Below, in pieces: positions 39,890 through 53,624 of a stretch of 64,000 nt of DNA; the stretch's first letter is position 1; each line of letters begins with the position of its first letter. Position numbers and translations under genes: made by a program. Under the pieces are notes generated by a model that was not told the DNA's origin, searched no databases, and was given only the letters and a program-made list of their open reading frames with translations. This stretch comes from Anolis carolinensis (lineage: Eukaryota), in NCBI RefSeq assembly GCF_035594765.1, contig NW_026943819.1, positions 1,240,001-1,304,000 on the forward strand, read 5' to 3'.

Positions 39890-40213
39890 AGTTACTTTCC
39901 AAATATTATTATTATTACTTACTTTCTCCCTACGGCGACTCACGGCAGCATGAGACCACCTGATGATTTTTTTTTTTTTGCAATATTTATGGTGCTCAAA
40001 TATAGTATCATATATTAGATGTTGCTGTCCTGGGAAACAAACACAAAGTTATATTATTATTAGTATTAGTATTAGTATTATTTACTTTCTCCCTACAGCA
40101 TCTCACAGCAGCATGACACCACCTGATGATATTTTTATTTGCAATATTTATGGTGCCCAAATATAATATAATATATTAGATGTTACCCTCCTGGGAAACA
40201 AACTCAAAGTTAT

Positions 40214-40244
<31 letters not shown>

Positions 40245-40382
40245 CTAGTATTATTTACTTTCTCCCTACGGCAACTCACAGCAGCATGACACCACCTGAT
40301 GATATTTTTATTTGCAATATTTATGGTGCCCAAATATAATATAATATATTAGATGTTGCCCTCCTGGGAAACAAACACAAAG

Positions 40383-40422
<40 letters not shown>

Positions 40423-40696
40423 TACTTTCTCCCTATGGTGACTCATGGCAGCATGACACCACCTGATGATTTATTTATTTTTTGCAAAATTTATGGTGCC
40501 CAAATATATTATAATGTATTGGATGTTGCCTCCCTGGGAAACAAACTCAAAGTTATATTATTATTATTATTATTACTATTATTTACTTTCTACGGCAGCA
40601 TGACACCACCTGATGATTTATTTTTCTGCAATATTTATGGTGCCCAAATATATTGTAATGTATTAGATGTTACCCTCCTGGGAAACAAACACAAAG

Positions 40697-40739
<43 letters not shown>

Positions 40740-40878
40740 TACTTTCTCCCTATGGCGACTCACGGCCGCATGACACCACCTGATGAAATATATATATATA
40801 TATATTGCAATATTTATGGTGCCCAAATATAATATCATATCATAAATGTTGCCCTCCTGGGAAACAAACACAAAATTA

Positions 40879-40939
<61 letters not shown>

Positions 40940-41069
40940 TACTTTATCCCTACGGCGACTCATGGCAGCATGATACTACCTGATGATATATATATATTTT
41001 GCAATATTTATGGTGCCCAAATATAATATAATATATTAGGTGTTGCCCTCCTGGGAAACAAACACAAAG

Positions 41070-41122
<53 letters not shown>

Positions 41123-41310
41123 TGTATGACACAGCAAACAAGATAGATGTGCTGGATTTCGTTTCACAAATTCACAAGTCGATTATTATTATTATTATTA
41201 TTATTATTGTTTACTTATTTACTTTCTTCCTATGGTGACTCACGGCAGCATGACACCACCTGATGATTTATTTATTTTTTGCAAAATTTATGGGAAACAA
41301 ACACAAAGTT
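39890..41310. repeat. Tandem array of 8 units of about 150-200 bp separated by (TTA)n
   Basis: Anchors GCATGACACCACCTGATGA and TGGGAAACAAAC.CAAAGT recur 8 times. Confidence 0.85.
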
Positions 41311-41491
41311 TGAGACATTGTTTACATCTCTGGGGAAAAATGCAAACTGTTGCTGCTTTGAAAACAGTTCTGATAGTTTCTAAATAATTTACTTAACGCT
41401 TGTAACAGTTGCATGGTGTTGTTGTCGCCGCTAATATTAGCAAAATAAGGTTTTAAGAGGGCTTTGAGAGGGTAGAAAGAAGCACATAGGG

Positions 41492-41625
41492 CAGGCATGG
41501 GCAAACTTGGGCCCTCCGGGTGTTTTGGACTTCAACTCCCAGCATTCCTAGCAGCCTACCGGCTGCTAGGAATGCTGGGAGTTGAAGTCCAAAACACCCG
41601 GAGGGCCCAAGTTTGCCCATGCCTG
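41492..41625. mobile_element. 134-bp perfectly palindromic hAT-type MITE (65-bp arms, TACC loop)
   Basis: CAGGCATGGGCAAACT...AGTTTGCCCATGCCTG with exactly complementary arms. Partial copies at about 23535-23641, 35058-35123, 46084-46137, 50798-50850 and 58745-58814. Confidence 0.85.
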
Positions 41626-41778
41626 CCATAAGACAACTAAGCATAATATTAAGGTTATTATTAATAATAAGATTCAATAGGGATACTAGTTTGGGTTATA
41701 ATTTAAATGGGACTCAATATGGATATTGACTTGGATTATAGTTTATATTGGACTCAATAGGGGTACTGATTTGTAGTA

Positions 41779-41811
<33 letters not shown>

Positions 41812-42021
41812 GGATTCCATATGGGTGCCAGTTTGAATTCTGGTTTAAATGGGACTCAACATGTATTCCAGTTTGGATTGCAGTTTATATAGACTCCTGA
41901 TCTGGATTGTAAACAGGACTTCTGGGCATATATATATATAGTACTATTTTGTGTCATACCTTGAATGTTTTGCAAGTTGCCCCAAATCCATCTGGGAGAT
42001 GGTGGCGGGATATAAATAAAG

Positions 42022-42055
<34 letters not shown>

Positions 42056-42459
42056 AGTAGAGTCTCACTTATCCAAGCTAAACGGGCTGGCAGAAGCTTG
42101 GATAAGCGAATATCTTGGATAATAAGGACGGATTAAGGAAAAGCCTATTAAACACCATATTAGGTTATAATTTTACAAATTAAGCACCAAAACATCATGT
42201 TAAACAACAAATTTGACAGAAAAGTAGTTCAGTAGGCAGTAATGCTATGTAGTAATTACTGTATTTACGAATTTAGCACCAAAATATCACGATGTATAGA
42301 AAAAATGGACTACAAACATTCGTTGGATAATCCAGAACACTGGATAAGCGAATGTTGGATAAGTGAGACTCTACTGTAGTACTATTTTGTGTCACACCTT
42401 GAATGTTTTGTGAGTTGCCCCGAGTTCCTCTGGGAGATGGTGGCGGGATATAAATACAG

Positions 42460-42497
<38 letters not shown>

Positions 42498-44069
42498 ATC
42501 AGATTGTAGATAACATTGGACCTGCCGGTTTGGATTGTACTTTAAACCAAACTCGATTGAGGGACTGATTTGGATTATAGTTTAAATAGGACTCGGTATT
42601 GGTTCTCATGTGGATCCCGGATGTACAGTAGAGTCTCACTTATCCAACATTCGCTTATCCAACGTTCTGGATTATCCAACACATTTTTGTAGTCAATGTT
42701 TTCTATACATCATGATATTTTGGTGCTAAATTCATAAATACAGTAATTACTACGTAGCATTACCATGTACTGAACTACTTTTTCTGTCCAATCTGTTTTA
42801 TAACATGAAGTTTTGGTGCTTAATTTGTAAAATCATAACCTAATTTGATGTTTAATAGGCTTCTCCTTAATCTCTCCTTATTATCCAACATATTCGCTTA
42901 TCCAACGTTCTGCCGACCCGTTTATGTTGGATAAGTGAGACTCTACTGTAGTACTATTTTGTGTCAAACCTTGAATGTTTTCTGAGTCACCCCGAGTCCC
43001 TCTGGGAGATGGTGNNNNNNNNNNNNNNNNNNNNNNNNNNNNNNNNNNNNNNNNNNNNNNNNNNNNNNNNNNNNNNNNNNNNNNNNNNNNNNNNNNNNNN
43101 NNNNNNNNNNNNNNNNNNNNNNNNNNNNNNNNNNNNNNNNNNNNCATTGGACCCACCGGTTTGGATTGTACTTTAAACCAACTCGATTGAGGCACTAATT
43201 TGGATTATAGTTTAAATAGGACTCGGTATTGGTTCTCATGTGGATCCCGGATGTATATAGGACTCTGTTTTGGGACCAGTTTGGATTGTGCTTTAAACTG
43301 GATTCAATAAAGGTACTGATGTGGATTATAGTTTCGACTGGATGCAATAGAAGTCCCAATTTGGATCGTGGTTTAAAGAGAACCGAAGAGGGATACTGGT
43401 TTGGATTGTGGTTTAAATTGGGCTCAGTATTGGTACAGATTTGGATTGTGGTTGCAATGGGACTCAGTATCGGTACCAAACTGGATCCTACTGAAACGGG
43501 ACTCACTGTGATTAAGATGATAGAGAAAGAGGATTCAGCCGAGAGAGTGTGACTTGCCCAAGGTCAGCTCATTGGGATCCCAGGTCTGCAAGGTTTGTTT
43601 GGAGGAGCTTTGCCCTTCTTTTCCTTCGAGTCCATCTTGCGTTAAGCGGAGTTTCCGCAGATTTGAACCCAAGCCTCTTGGCATCTACATTGCAGAATCA
43701 ATTGAGTGTGACTGCTCTGAAATGCCATGGCTGAATGCTATGGGATCGTGGGAATTGTAGTTTGCATTCTTGGGCCAGTGAAAGGCCTTGGCAACCCCTG
43801 CGAACCATCGCGCTTTCAAACTGCATTGGTGGGACCGTGCCTTTACCTTTCCGTATGTCTTTGTTATTCCACTGTATTAAAGGCGCTGAATGTTTGCCTA
43901 TCTGTGTATGTCGTAATCCGCTCTGAGTCCACTCAGGGAGATAGAGCAGAATATAAACAAAGTGTTTATTACTATTACTACTATTATAAAGTGGTGCCAA
44001 ACAGTGTTGGTGCAACAGTGTGTGATTCCCAGGCCTGAGCCTGGACGGCTGGACTTGCAAGCCATTCGC

Positions 44070-45290
44070 CAGGATGGCTCTCGTTGGCATGGCTTTCTTG
44101 CAGGACGTTCACCACCGTCGTTGGCTTGAAGGTCCAGTCCTGGTGGCCTTTGGTGCCCTTCTGTCCAGCCAACCCTTGCTTCTGTGTCCAGTGAGTGAGG
44201 CCAGACAGTTGGAAGGTCCACCAGAGATAAGAGAAGTGGTTGAAACAGTGGCCAAGTGTGTGCTGTGCATGTCTTTCTTGCAGGAGGTTTGCCACCGTCA
44301 TTGGTTCAAGTGTCCAGTCCTGGTGGCCTTTGGAGGCCTTCAGTCTGGCCAGCCCTTGCTGCTGTGTCCAGTGAGTGAGACCGGACAGTTGGAGGGCCCA
44401 CCAGAGACGAGAAGTGGTTGAAACTGTGGCCAAGTGTGTGCTGTGCATGGCTTTCTTGCAGGACGTTCACCACTGTCATTGGCTCAAGTGTCCAGTCCTG
44501 GTGGCCTTTGGAGGCCTTCAGTCTGGCCAGCCCTTGCTGCTGTGTCCAGTGAGTGAGGCCGGACAGTTGGAGGGTCACCAGAAACAAGAGAAGTGGTTGA
44601 AACAGTGGCCAAGTGTGTGCTGTGCATGGCTTTCTTGCAGGACGTTCACCACTGTCATTGGCTCAAGTGTCCAGTCCTGGTGGCCTTTGGAGGCCTTCAG
44701 TCTGGCCAGCCCTTGCTGCTGTGTCCAGTGAGTGAGACCGGACAGTTGGAGGGCCCACCAGAGACGAGAAGTGGTTGAAACTGTGGCCAAGTGTGTGCTG
44801 TGCATGGCTTTCTTGCAGGACGTTCACCACTGTCATTGGCTCAAGTGTCCAGTCCTGGTGGCCTTTGGAGGCCTTCAGTCTGGCCAGCCCTTGCTGCTGT
44901 GTCCAGTGAGTGAGACCGGACAGTTGGAGGGTCCACCAGAGACAGGAGAAGTGGCCGAAGAAGCAGCCAAGTGTGTGCTGTGCATGGGACCCTTGCTGCT
45001 GTGTCCAGTGAGTGAGGCTGGACAGTTGGAGGGTTCACTGGAGACAAGAGAAGTGGCCAAGTGTGTGCTGCGCATGGCTTTCTTGCAGGACGTTCACCAC
45101 TGTCATTGGCTCGAGGGTCCGGTCCTGGTGGCCTTAGGAGCCTTGGGAGCCCTTCTGTCCAGCCGGCCCTTGCTGCTGTGTCCAGTGAGTGAGGCCGGAC
45201 AGTTGGAGGGTCCGCCAGAGACAGGGGAAGAGTCCGAAGAAGCAGCCAAGTGTGTGCCGTGTGTGTTTCGGTGGCGCTGAAAGGCCGCCT
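44070..45290. repeat. GC-rich tandem repeat, about 178-180-bp unit, 6-7 copies, in the BCL9L 5' intronic region
   Basis: Anchor GCTGTGTCCAGTGAGTGAG.CCGGACAGTTGGAGGG recurs; a two-unit period of 357 bp is seen. Confidence 0.9.
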
Positions 45291-46574
45291 GTGTCCTCCT
45301 CCTCCTCCTCCTCCTCTTCATCTGTGGCCTGGGCTGACCTCCTCCCTGGCAAAAAGCACACTGGGCAGCGTCCATCCGTCTGCCTTGACCTCTAGTGGCC
45401 CTTCTTTGAGAGTCGGTATCTGGAGATAGAGGGAGGCTTGGGGTGGGGGAGAACATGGGGGTGCTTTTGGGGAGGGGGACGCAGACCCCCGCGTCCTGGG
45501 CGTCCTGGGGCCCCTTTGCCTGCACGGCAAGGCCAGGAAATTGCTGAGTCGCTGCTTTCCAGGCGGCAGGCGGTGACCAGAGCCGGCCTCGGCTGCCAGA
45601 AGCAACAGCCCTGGAATTTCCTCTGCCGGGTGCCAGCTCATCTCAAGCCGGCCAGTGTGTCTGCAGCAACACCGGCAGCAGCAACTCAACCAGGGGAGGA
45701 CGGGCGGGCGGGCGGAGGGGCCGAGGGGCTCCCCGACCTTCCCTTCCTTGGGCCTGGTTCTGATTTCCCTCCTGTTTTGCATTAAGCTGCAAAACAGCCA
45801 TGCCTCCCTCTCTCTGGAGGAGCTCCCCAGGCCGCTGCTAATGAGCCTCTCCTCCTCCTCCTCCTCCTCCTCCTCCTCCTCCTCCTCCTCCTCCTCCTCC
45901 CGGCCAAGCTTTGGCTCCAACTCGGAACATTTTATAGCCTTCTCTGGAGGGAGGAAATGCCAGCAAGGCCTGGCTGTCTCTTGCTTTTTACGAGGGGGTC
46001 CCAGCCGAAAAGGGGAGAGAAAGACAGGAGCCCAAGGAAAGGCTTCGTACTGGGGGCCATAGGGTCCCCGGGGTTCCTCTGGTCCAGGCATGACCAAACT
46101 TGGGCCCTCCCTCCCTCCCTCCAGGTGTTTTGGACTCATTATTAATTTATTTACAACATTTCTACCCCGCCCTTCTCACCCGAGGGGACTCAGGGCGGCT
46201 TCCAACAACAGGCAAAATTCAATGCCAAACAGATCAATAAAACAGCAACAAATTTAAAAAGATTAACAATAATCCATAAAATTATTGACATTAGTCAAGC
46301 TTAAAACATTAGTCAATCTTAAAACTCCCACCATTAAAACTCCCAGCTTCTGGAACTCACAGCAACCCAGCTTAGAGTCCCTTTAATATTATTATTATTA
46401 TCATTATTATTATTATTAATGCGCGCATCATCCAAAAATACATCACACAGTCCTAGACACTTGGGAAGTGTTCGACTTGTGATTTTGTGATATGAAATCC
46501 AGCATGTCTACCTTGTTTGCTGTGTCATAATAAAATAATAATAATAATTTTATAATAACAATAATTAATAATTT

Positions 46575-46625
<51 letters not shown>

Positions 46626-47147
46626 TTGAACTTCAAAGACTCTGGCAGAAACCAGTGCAGGTGGTCCCAGTGGTGATTGGCACATTGGGTGCCATGCCAA
46701 AAGATCTCAGCCGGCATTTGGAAACAAGAGACATTGACAAAATCACGATCTGCCAACTGCAAAAGGCCACCCGACTGGGATCTGCACGCATCATCTGAAA
46801 ATACATCACACAGTCCTAGACACTTGGGAAATGTTCGACTTGTGATTTTGTGATACGAAATCCAGCATATCTATCTTGTTTGCTGTGTCATACAATAAAA
46901 TAATAATAATAATAACTTTATTTTTATACCCCGCCTCTATCACCCCAAAGGAGACTCAGGGCGGCTTACAACAACAGGCAAAATTCAATGCCAAACAGAT
47001 CGATAAAAACAGCAACACATTTTAAAAACATTAACAATACTCCACAAAATTATTGACATTAGTCAAGCTTAAAACATTAGTCAAGCTTAAAACTCCCACC
47101 ATTCCTAACAGCTTCTGTAACTCACAGCAACCCAGCTTAGAGACCCT

Positions 47148-47191
<44 letters not shown>

Positions 47192-47192
<1 letters not shown>

Positions 47193-47337
47193 GCAACTGC
47201 AAAAGGCCACCCTACTGAGATCTGCGCTCATCATCCGAAAATAATCACACAGTCCTAGACACTTGGGAAGTGTTCGACTTGTGATTTTGTGATACGAAAT
47301 CCAGCATGTCTATCTTGTTTGCTGTGTCATACAATAA

Positions 47338-47388
<51 letters not shown>

Positions 47389-47479
47389 TAATAATAATAG
47401 ACACTTGGGAAGTGTTCGACTTGTGATTTTGTGATACGAAATCCAGCATGTCTATCTTGTTTGCTGTGTCATACAATAA

Positions 47480-47531
<52 letters not shown>

Positions 47532-47711
47532 GACACTTGGGAAGTGTTCGACTTGTGATACGAAATCCAGCATGTCTATCTTGTTTGCTGTGTCATACAA
47601 TAAAATAATAATAATAATAATAATAATAATAGACACTTGGGAAGTGTTCGACTTGTGATTTTGTGATACGAAATCCAGCATGTCTATCTTGTTTGCTGTG
47701 TCATACAATAA

Positions 47712-47757
<46 letters not shown>

Positions 47758-47837
47758 GACACTTGGGAAATGTTCGACTTGTGATTTTGTGATACGAAAT
47801 CCATCATGTCTATCTTGTTTGCTGTGTCATACAATAA

Positions 47838-47871
<34 letters not shown>

Positions 47872-47951
47872 GACACTTGGGAAGTGTTTGACTTGTGATT
47901 TTGTGATACGAAATCCAGCATGTCTATCTTGTTTGCTGTGTCATACAATAA

Positions 47952-47997
<46 letters not shown>

Positions 47998-48077
47998 GAC
48001 ACTTGGGAAGTGTTCGACTTGTGATTTTGTGATACGAAATCCAGCATGTCTATCTTGTTTGCTGTGTCATACAATAA

Positions 48078-48114
<37 letters not shown>

Positions 48115-48194
48115 GACACTTGGGAAGTGTTCGACTTGTGATTTTGTGATACGAAATCCAGCATGTCTATCTTGTTTGCTGTGTCATACAATAA

Positions 48195-48249
<55 letters not shown>

Positions 48250-48329
48250 GACACTTGGGAAGTGTTCGACTTGTGATTTTGTGATACGAAATCCAGCATG
48301 TCTATCTTGTTTGCTGTGTCATACAATAA

Positions 48330-48372
<43 letters not shown>

Positions 48373-48549
48373 GACACTTGGGAAGTGTTCGACTTGTGAT
48401 ACGAAATCCAGCATGTCTATCTTGTTTGCTGTGTCATACAATAAAATAATAATAATAATAATAATAATAGACACTTGGGAAGTGTTCGACTTGTGATTTT
48501 GTGATACGAAATCCAGCATGTCTATCTTGTTTGCTGTGTCATACAATAA

Positions 48550-48595
<46 letters not shown>

Positions 48596-48772
48596 GACAC
48601 TTGGGAAGTGTTCGACTTGTGATACGAAATCCAGCATGTCTATCTTGTTTGCTGTGTCATACAATAAAATAATAATAATAATAATAATAATAGACACTTG
48701 GGAAGTGTTCGACTTGTGATTTTGTGATACGAAATCCAGCATGTCTATCTTGTTTGCTGTGTCATACAATAA

Positions 48773-48824
<52 letters not shown>

Positions 48825-48904
48825 GACACTTGGGAAGTGTTCGACTTGTGATTTTGTGATACGAAATCCAGCATGTCTATCTTGTTTGCTGTGTCATACA
48901 ATAA

Positions 48905-48944
<40 letters not shown>

Positions 48945-49030
48945 GACACTTGGGAAGTGTTCGACTTGTGATTTTGTGATACGAAATCCAGCATGTCTAT
49001 CTTGTTTGCTGTGTCATATAATAATAATAA
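47192..49030 (+). repeat. Array of 15 R4/Dong LINE 3'-end units (about 82 bp) separated by variable (AAT)n
   Basis: Unit AGACACTTGGGAAGTGTTCGACTTGTGA...GCTGTGTCATACAATAAA matches the 3' UTR following the ORF stop of the LINE copies at 49870 and 54183. Confidence 0.88.
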
Positions 49031-49811
49031 TAACTTTATTTTTATACCCCGCCTCTATCTCCCCAAAGGGGACTCAGGGCGGCTTACATGGGGCCAAACC
49101 CGAATAAAAACAATAGCAATATAAAACACAACAATAGACAAAAGACATGCACAATTATAAAAATTTAAATAGTAGCCAATAAAAACAAATGACAAGAATT
49201 CATAAAAACATGGATTAAAACGGAGAGGTTGTAAAAATAGACTGGGTAAGGTGCACCCTATAAATATTCTAAACACGAGGTGACTGATAAAATGCTGCAA
49301 ATTCTTGGAAGTGCAAATTGGGATGGAAGTAGTAGACCCTGCTGTGTCTATATCGAGTTGACAAAGGTAAAAAGTGCCCCTTTGTGGTGCTCCGATCCCC
49401 TCCTCCTCCTCCTCCTCCTCCTCCTCCTGCTTCTTCTTCCCCATCCTCTGTTCTTTCTCTTCCTTCCTTCCTTCCGCTCCTCTGACCTACTGAACCAATT
49501 CCTCCTCTTTGAGGCAAGAAGGTGTCTTTCCATCTCTGGTTCCCAGGCCTGGTTCCTTCTGTCTTTTCCCTTCTTTCCCCAATGCAATCTCAAGATTTCT
49601 TTGACTGGGAGGCTTTGCTTTGGACGTTATTCACATTCGGATGCTTCGCCGTCGTGATCCTGTTTCGGCGAATGCATTTGTTTGGGTTGCAAAAACCGGT
49701 GATTTTTATCCGTCACGTTCTATATTTATCAACTTCCCCAGGGCCTGTTGCCGGTGGATCTATTCCCAATAGATAAATAAATAGGGTTGTTTATAGACCC
49801 ATGCTCCACTC

Positions 49812-50672
49812 AAGATAGATATTCTGGATTTCGTATCACAAAATCACAAGTTGAACACTTTCCAAGTGTCTAGGACTGTGTGATGTATTTTTGGATGATG
49901 CGCGCAGATCCCAGCAGGGTGGCCTTTTGCAGTTGGCAGATCGTAATTTTGTCAATGTCTATTGTTTCCAAATGCCGGCTGAGATCTTTTGGCACGGCAC
50001 CCAATGTGCCCATCACCACCGGGACCACCTGCACTGGTTTCTGCCAGAGTCTTTGAAGTTCAATCTTGAGGTCCTGAGAGCGGCTGAGTTTTTCCTGTTG
50101 TTTTTCGTCAATGCGACTGTCACCTGGGATGGCAACATCAATGATCCAAACCTTTTTCTTTTCCACAACTGTGATGTCTGGTGTGTTGTGTTCCAGAACT
50201 TTGTCAGTCTGGATTCGGAAGTCCCACAGTATCTTTCTGTGCTCATTTTCCAATACTTTTGCAGGTTTGTGATCCCACCAGTTCTTTGCTGCTGGGAGGT
50301 GGTACTTGAGGCATAAGTTCCAATGGATCATTTGGGCCACACAGTTGTGCCTCTGTTTGTAGTCTGTCTGTGCGATTTTCTTACAGCAGCTGAGGATATG
50401 ATCAATGGTTTCATCAGTTTCCTTGCACAGTCTGCATTTTGGGTCATCAGCTGATGTTTCGATCTTGGCCTGAATTGCCTTTGTCCTGATGTCTTGCTCC
50501 TGGGCTGCAAGGATCAGGCCTTCTGTCTCCTTCTTCAGGGTCCCATTCGTGAGCCAGAGCAAGGTCTTCTCCTAATCAACTTTTCCTTCAATTTTGTCAA
50601 GGAACTTTCCATGCAATGTTTTGTTGTGCCAGCTGCCAGCTCTAGTTTGTAGTGCGGTTTTCTTGTACTGGT
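49812..50672 (-). mobile_element. 5'-truncated R4/Dong-clade non-LTR retrotransposon (CCHC knuckle + restriction-like endonuclease)
   Basis: CRLCKETDETIDHILSCC, KQRHN, ILWDFRIQTD..PDITVV..IIDVAIP..EKLSR motifs are typical of the REL-endonuclease C-terminus; flanked by (AAT)n. Confidence 0.85.
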
Positions 50673-51439
50673 TTATTATTATTATTTGAAACACAACAAG
50701 TTGAGTCCACAGCAGACACTCTGCTGGCTGTTGTACTGGATCACATTTCGGACACTTCCCATTATTATTATTATTGCTGTTATGATTATTATTAGACCCA
50801 TGGGCAAACTTTGGCCTTCCCTCCAGGTGTTTAGGAGTTCAACTCGCACCATTCCAAAGAGCCTCAGGCCCTTCCTTTTTTTGGTGGTTTCGGGGTTCTG
50901 AACATTGGGGTGTGCATTAGATTGGATGGCGCATTAGACCCGGGTCAGGATGGGTGTTTCCGAGCTCCCTCCTCGTCTGAATACCACCGACTTCCGGGAA
51001 GGTTTCAAGTGAGCCAGACCCGAGTCCCTTTGCCACAGGGTTCGGACGCTGTTTGCTTTTGGGGAGGAGACTCTTGGCGCCGAAGCGCACGGAGAGGTGG
51101 CTCCTGCACCCCGGCCGTGTCTTGGAGAAAAAGCCTGAATTTAGGAGGCTCGGTGGCCGCGCTGTGAGGCCGGGACGAAGAAGTGGCCGTTTGCTCCACT
51201 TGGCGTCCTTCCCAGCCTGCTTTGGAGACGCAGTGGCCTTTGACCCGCAGTACAAACTCAGCCCGGCACGTGGGAGGCCGAAATTGCTCCCAGACCTTCA
51301 GGCTCCAGACGAACAACGACAACGAGCCTCTCTCCCAGCAGCAGCAGAGGACGGTTCCCTCCTCTCTTTGGCTTCACTTCTTTCTTTCTTTCTTTCTTAC
51401 TTTCTTTCTTTCTTTCTTTCTCTGAATCTATCATTCTCT

Positions 51440-52060
51440 TTCTTTACACCTGGGGGTCAGGTGGTGTCCCCAAAGACCCAACCGCACCAGTATTCAAATT
51501 TGAGCATATCAAGTATTTGTCCCAAATTTGGTCCAAATCCGTCGTCGTTTGGGTTCACATTTCTCTCCGGAGATAGGTGAACTACATCTCCCCTGCATCA
51601 CTGTCAATCCCTCCCCAATCCCTCCAGTGTTTTCTGTGGGTCATGGGGGTCCTGTGTGCCAAGTTTGGTCCAATTCCATCGTTGGTGGAATTCAGAGTGC
51701 TCTTTGATTATAGGCGAACTATAAATCCCAGCAACTACAACTCCCAAATCCCAAGGTCTATTTTCCCCAATCTCCACCAGTGTTCCCATTGGGGCATATT
51801 GAGCATTCGTGCCAAGTTTGGTCCCGATCCATCGTAGTTAGTGCTCTCTGGATGTAGGTGAACTACAACTCCCAAACTCAATTTCAATGCCCACCAAACC
51901 CTTCCAGTATTTTCTGTCGGAGTTCTGTGTGCCAAGTTTGGTTCAATTCAATTGTTGGAGTTCAGAATGCTTTTGAGTGTAGGCGAACTATAAATCCCAG
52001 CAACTACACCTCCCAAATGACAAAGTCATTTACCAGTATTCAGATTTGGTTTTCGTTGGA
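51440..52060. repeat. Unclassified interspersed repeat with internal GCCAAGTTTGGTCC / AACTACAACTCCCAAA sub-repeats
   Basis: Internally repetitive and non-coding; family not assignable without a library. Confidence 0.45.
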
Positions 52061-52711
52061 TTGAAGGCTGAATGCTTTTTTAATTTTAACTCTTTGAGCT
52101 GCTCTAACTTCTGAGTCCCACCGAAGTCAGTGGGTGGGGTCTCCTCTTGGAAGCCCTTCTCTCCTCTTTGGTGGCCCCGCTTCCCCCAAACCCAACTTTC
52201 TCTCTTTTTTTGGGGGGGGGGGGGAGATGGCTTTGTTTGTGCTGGGCTGTGGATGGCAGCCGCCCAAGAGGACTGAGTCAGAGCGCTGGCTGGCTGGCTG
52301 GCCGGCCACCAGGAACCACACTCTGGCTTCTCCCTTTCCCTCCCCTTCACATGTTTCCTTTCTTCCTCTCCCCCCCCCCCCATTCCCCCCCCCCACTCCT
52401 CCTCCTGCTCTTAGCGACAGTTTCTTGTGTTCACAACAAAGCCCCGGCTGGGACGGGAGGAGGAGAAGAAGCCTGGGACGCTTGGATCTCTGGCCTCTCT
52501 CCTGCCCCGTGGTTGCCGTGGACCAGGGTTCCCCAGATGGGGCTGCCACGGACACCTCCCACCATCACTTCCCTTAGACTTGGAAGGGACCCCAAGGCCC
52601 ACCTAGTCCGAGACCCCAAGGCCCACCTAGTTCTCCCCCTACCAGGCACAATCAAAGCCCTCCCAACAGATGGCTATCCAACCTCTGCTTAAAAGCCTCT
52701 GGATAAGTAGA

Positions 52712-52749
<38 letters not shown>

Positions 52750-52804
52750 ATAATAATAATAATAATAATCTGCACGCATCATCCAAAAATACATCACACA
52801 GTCC

Positions 52805-52839
<35 letters not shown>

Positions 52840-52843
<4 letters not shown>

Positions 52844-53042
52844 AAACCAGTACAAGAAAACTGCACTACAAACTAGAGCTGACAATTGGCACAGCAAAAC
52901 ATTGCATGGAAAGTTCCTTGACAAAATTGAAGGAAAAGCTGATAAGGAGAAGACCTGGCTCTGGCTCACGAATGGGACCCTGAAGAAGGAGACAGAAGGC
53001 CTGATCCTTGCAGCCCAGGAGCAAGACATCAGGACAAAGGCA

Positions 53043-53088
<46 letters not shown>

Positions 53089-53182
53089 GAAGACCTGGCT
53101 CTGGCTCACGAATGGGATCCTGAAGAAGGAGACAGAAGGCCTGATCCTTGCAGCCCAGGAGCAAGCCATTAGAACAAAGGCA

Positions 53183-53213
<31 letters not shown>

Positions 53214-53307
53214 GAAGACCTGGCTCTGGCTCACGAATGGGACCCTGAAGAAGGAGACAGAAGGCCTGATCCTTGCAGCCCAGGAGCAAGACATCAGGAC
53301 AAAGGCA

Positions 53308-53359
<52 letters not shown>

Positions 53360-53453
53360 GAAGACCTGGCTCTGGCTCACGAATGGGATCCTGAAGAAGG
53401 AGACAGAAGGCCTGATCCTTGCAGCCCAGGAGCAAGCCATTAGAACAAAGGCA

Positions 53454-53490
<37 letters not shown>

Positions 53491-53584
53491 GAAGACCTGG
53501 CTCTGGCTCACGAATGGGACCCTGAAGAAGGAGACAGAAGGCCTGATCCTTGCAGCCCAGGAGCAAGACATCAGAACAAAGGCA

Positions 53585-53624
<40 letters not shown>

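Noticed and set aside
37612-40018. Several long ORFs (250-360 aa)
   Set aside because: They arise from GC-rich and C/T low-complexity sequence lacking stops; no recognisable domains.
47192-49030. CRISPR-like repeat-spacer appearance, and a 302-aa ORF at 47469-48377
   Set aside because: Eukaryotic context, spacers are only (AAT)n, the repeat is a LINE 3' UTR and there are no cas genes. The ORF is a poly-Ile artefact.
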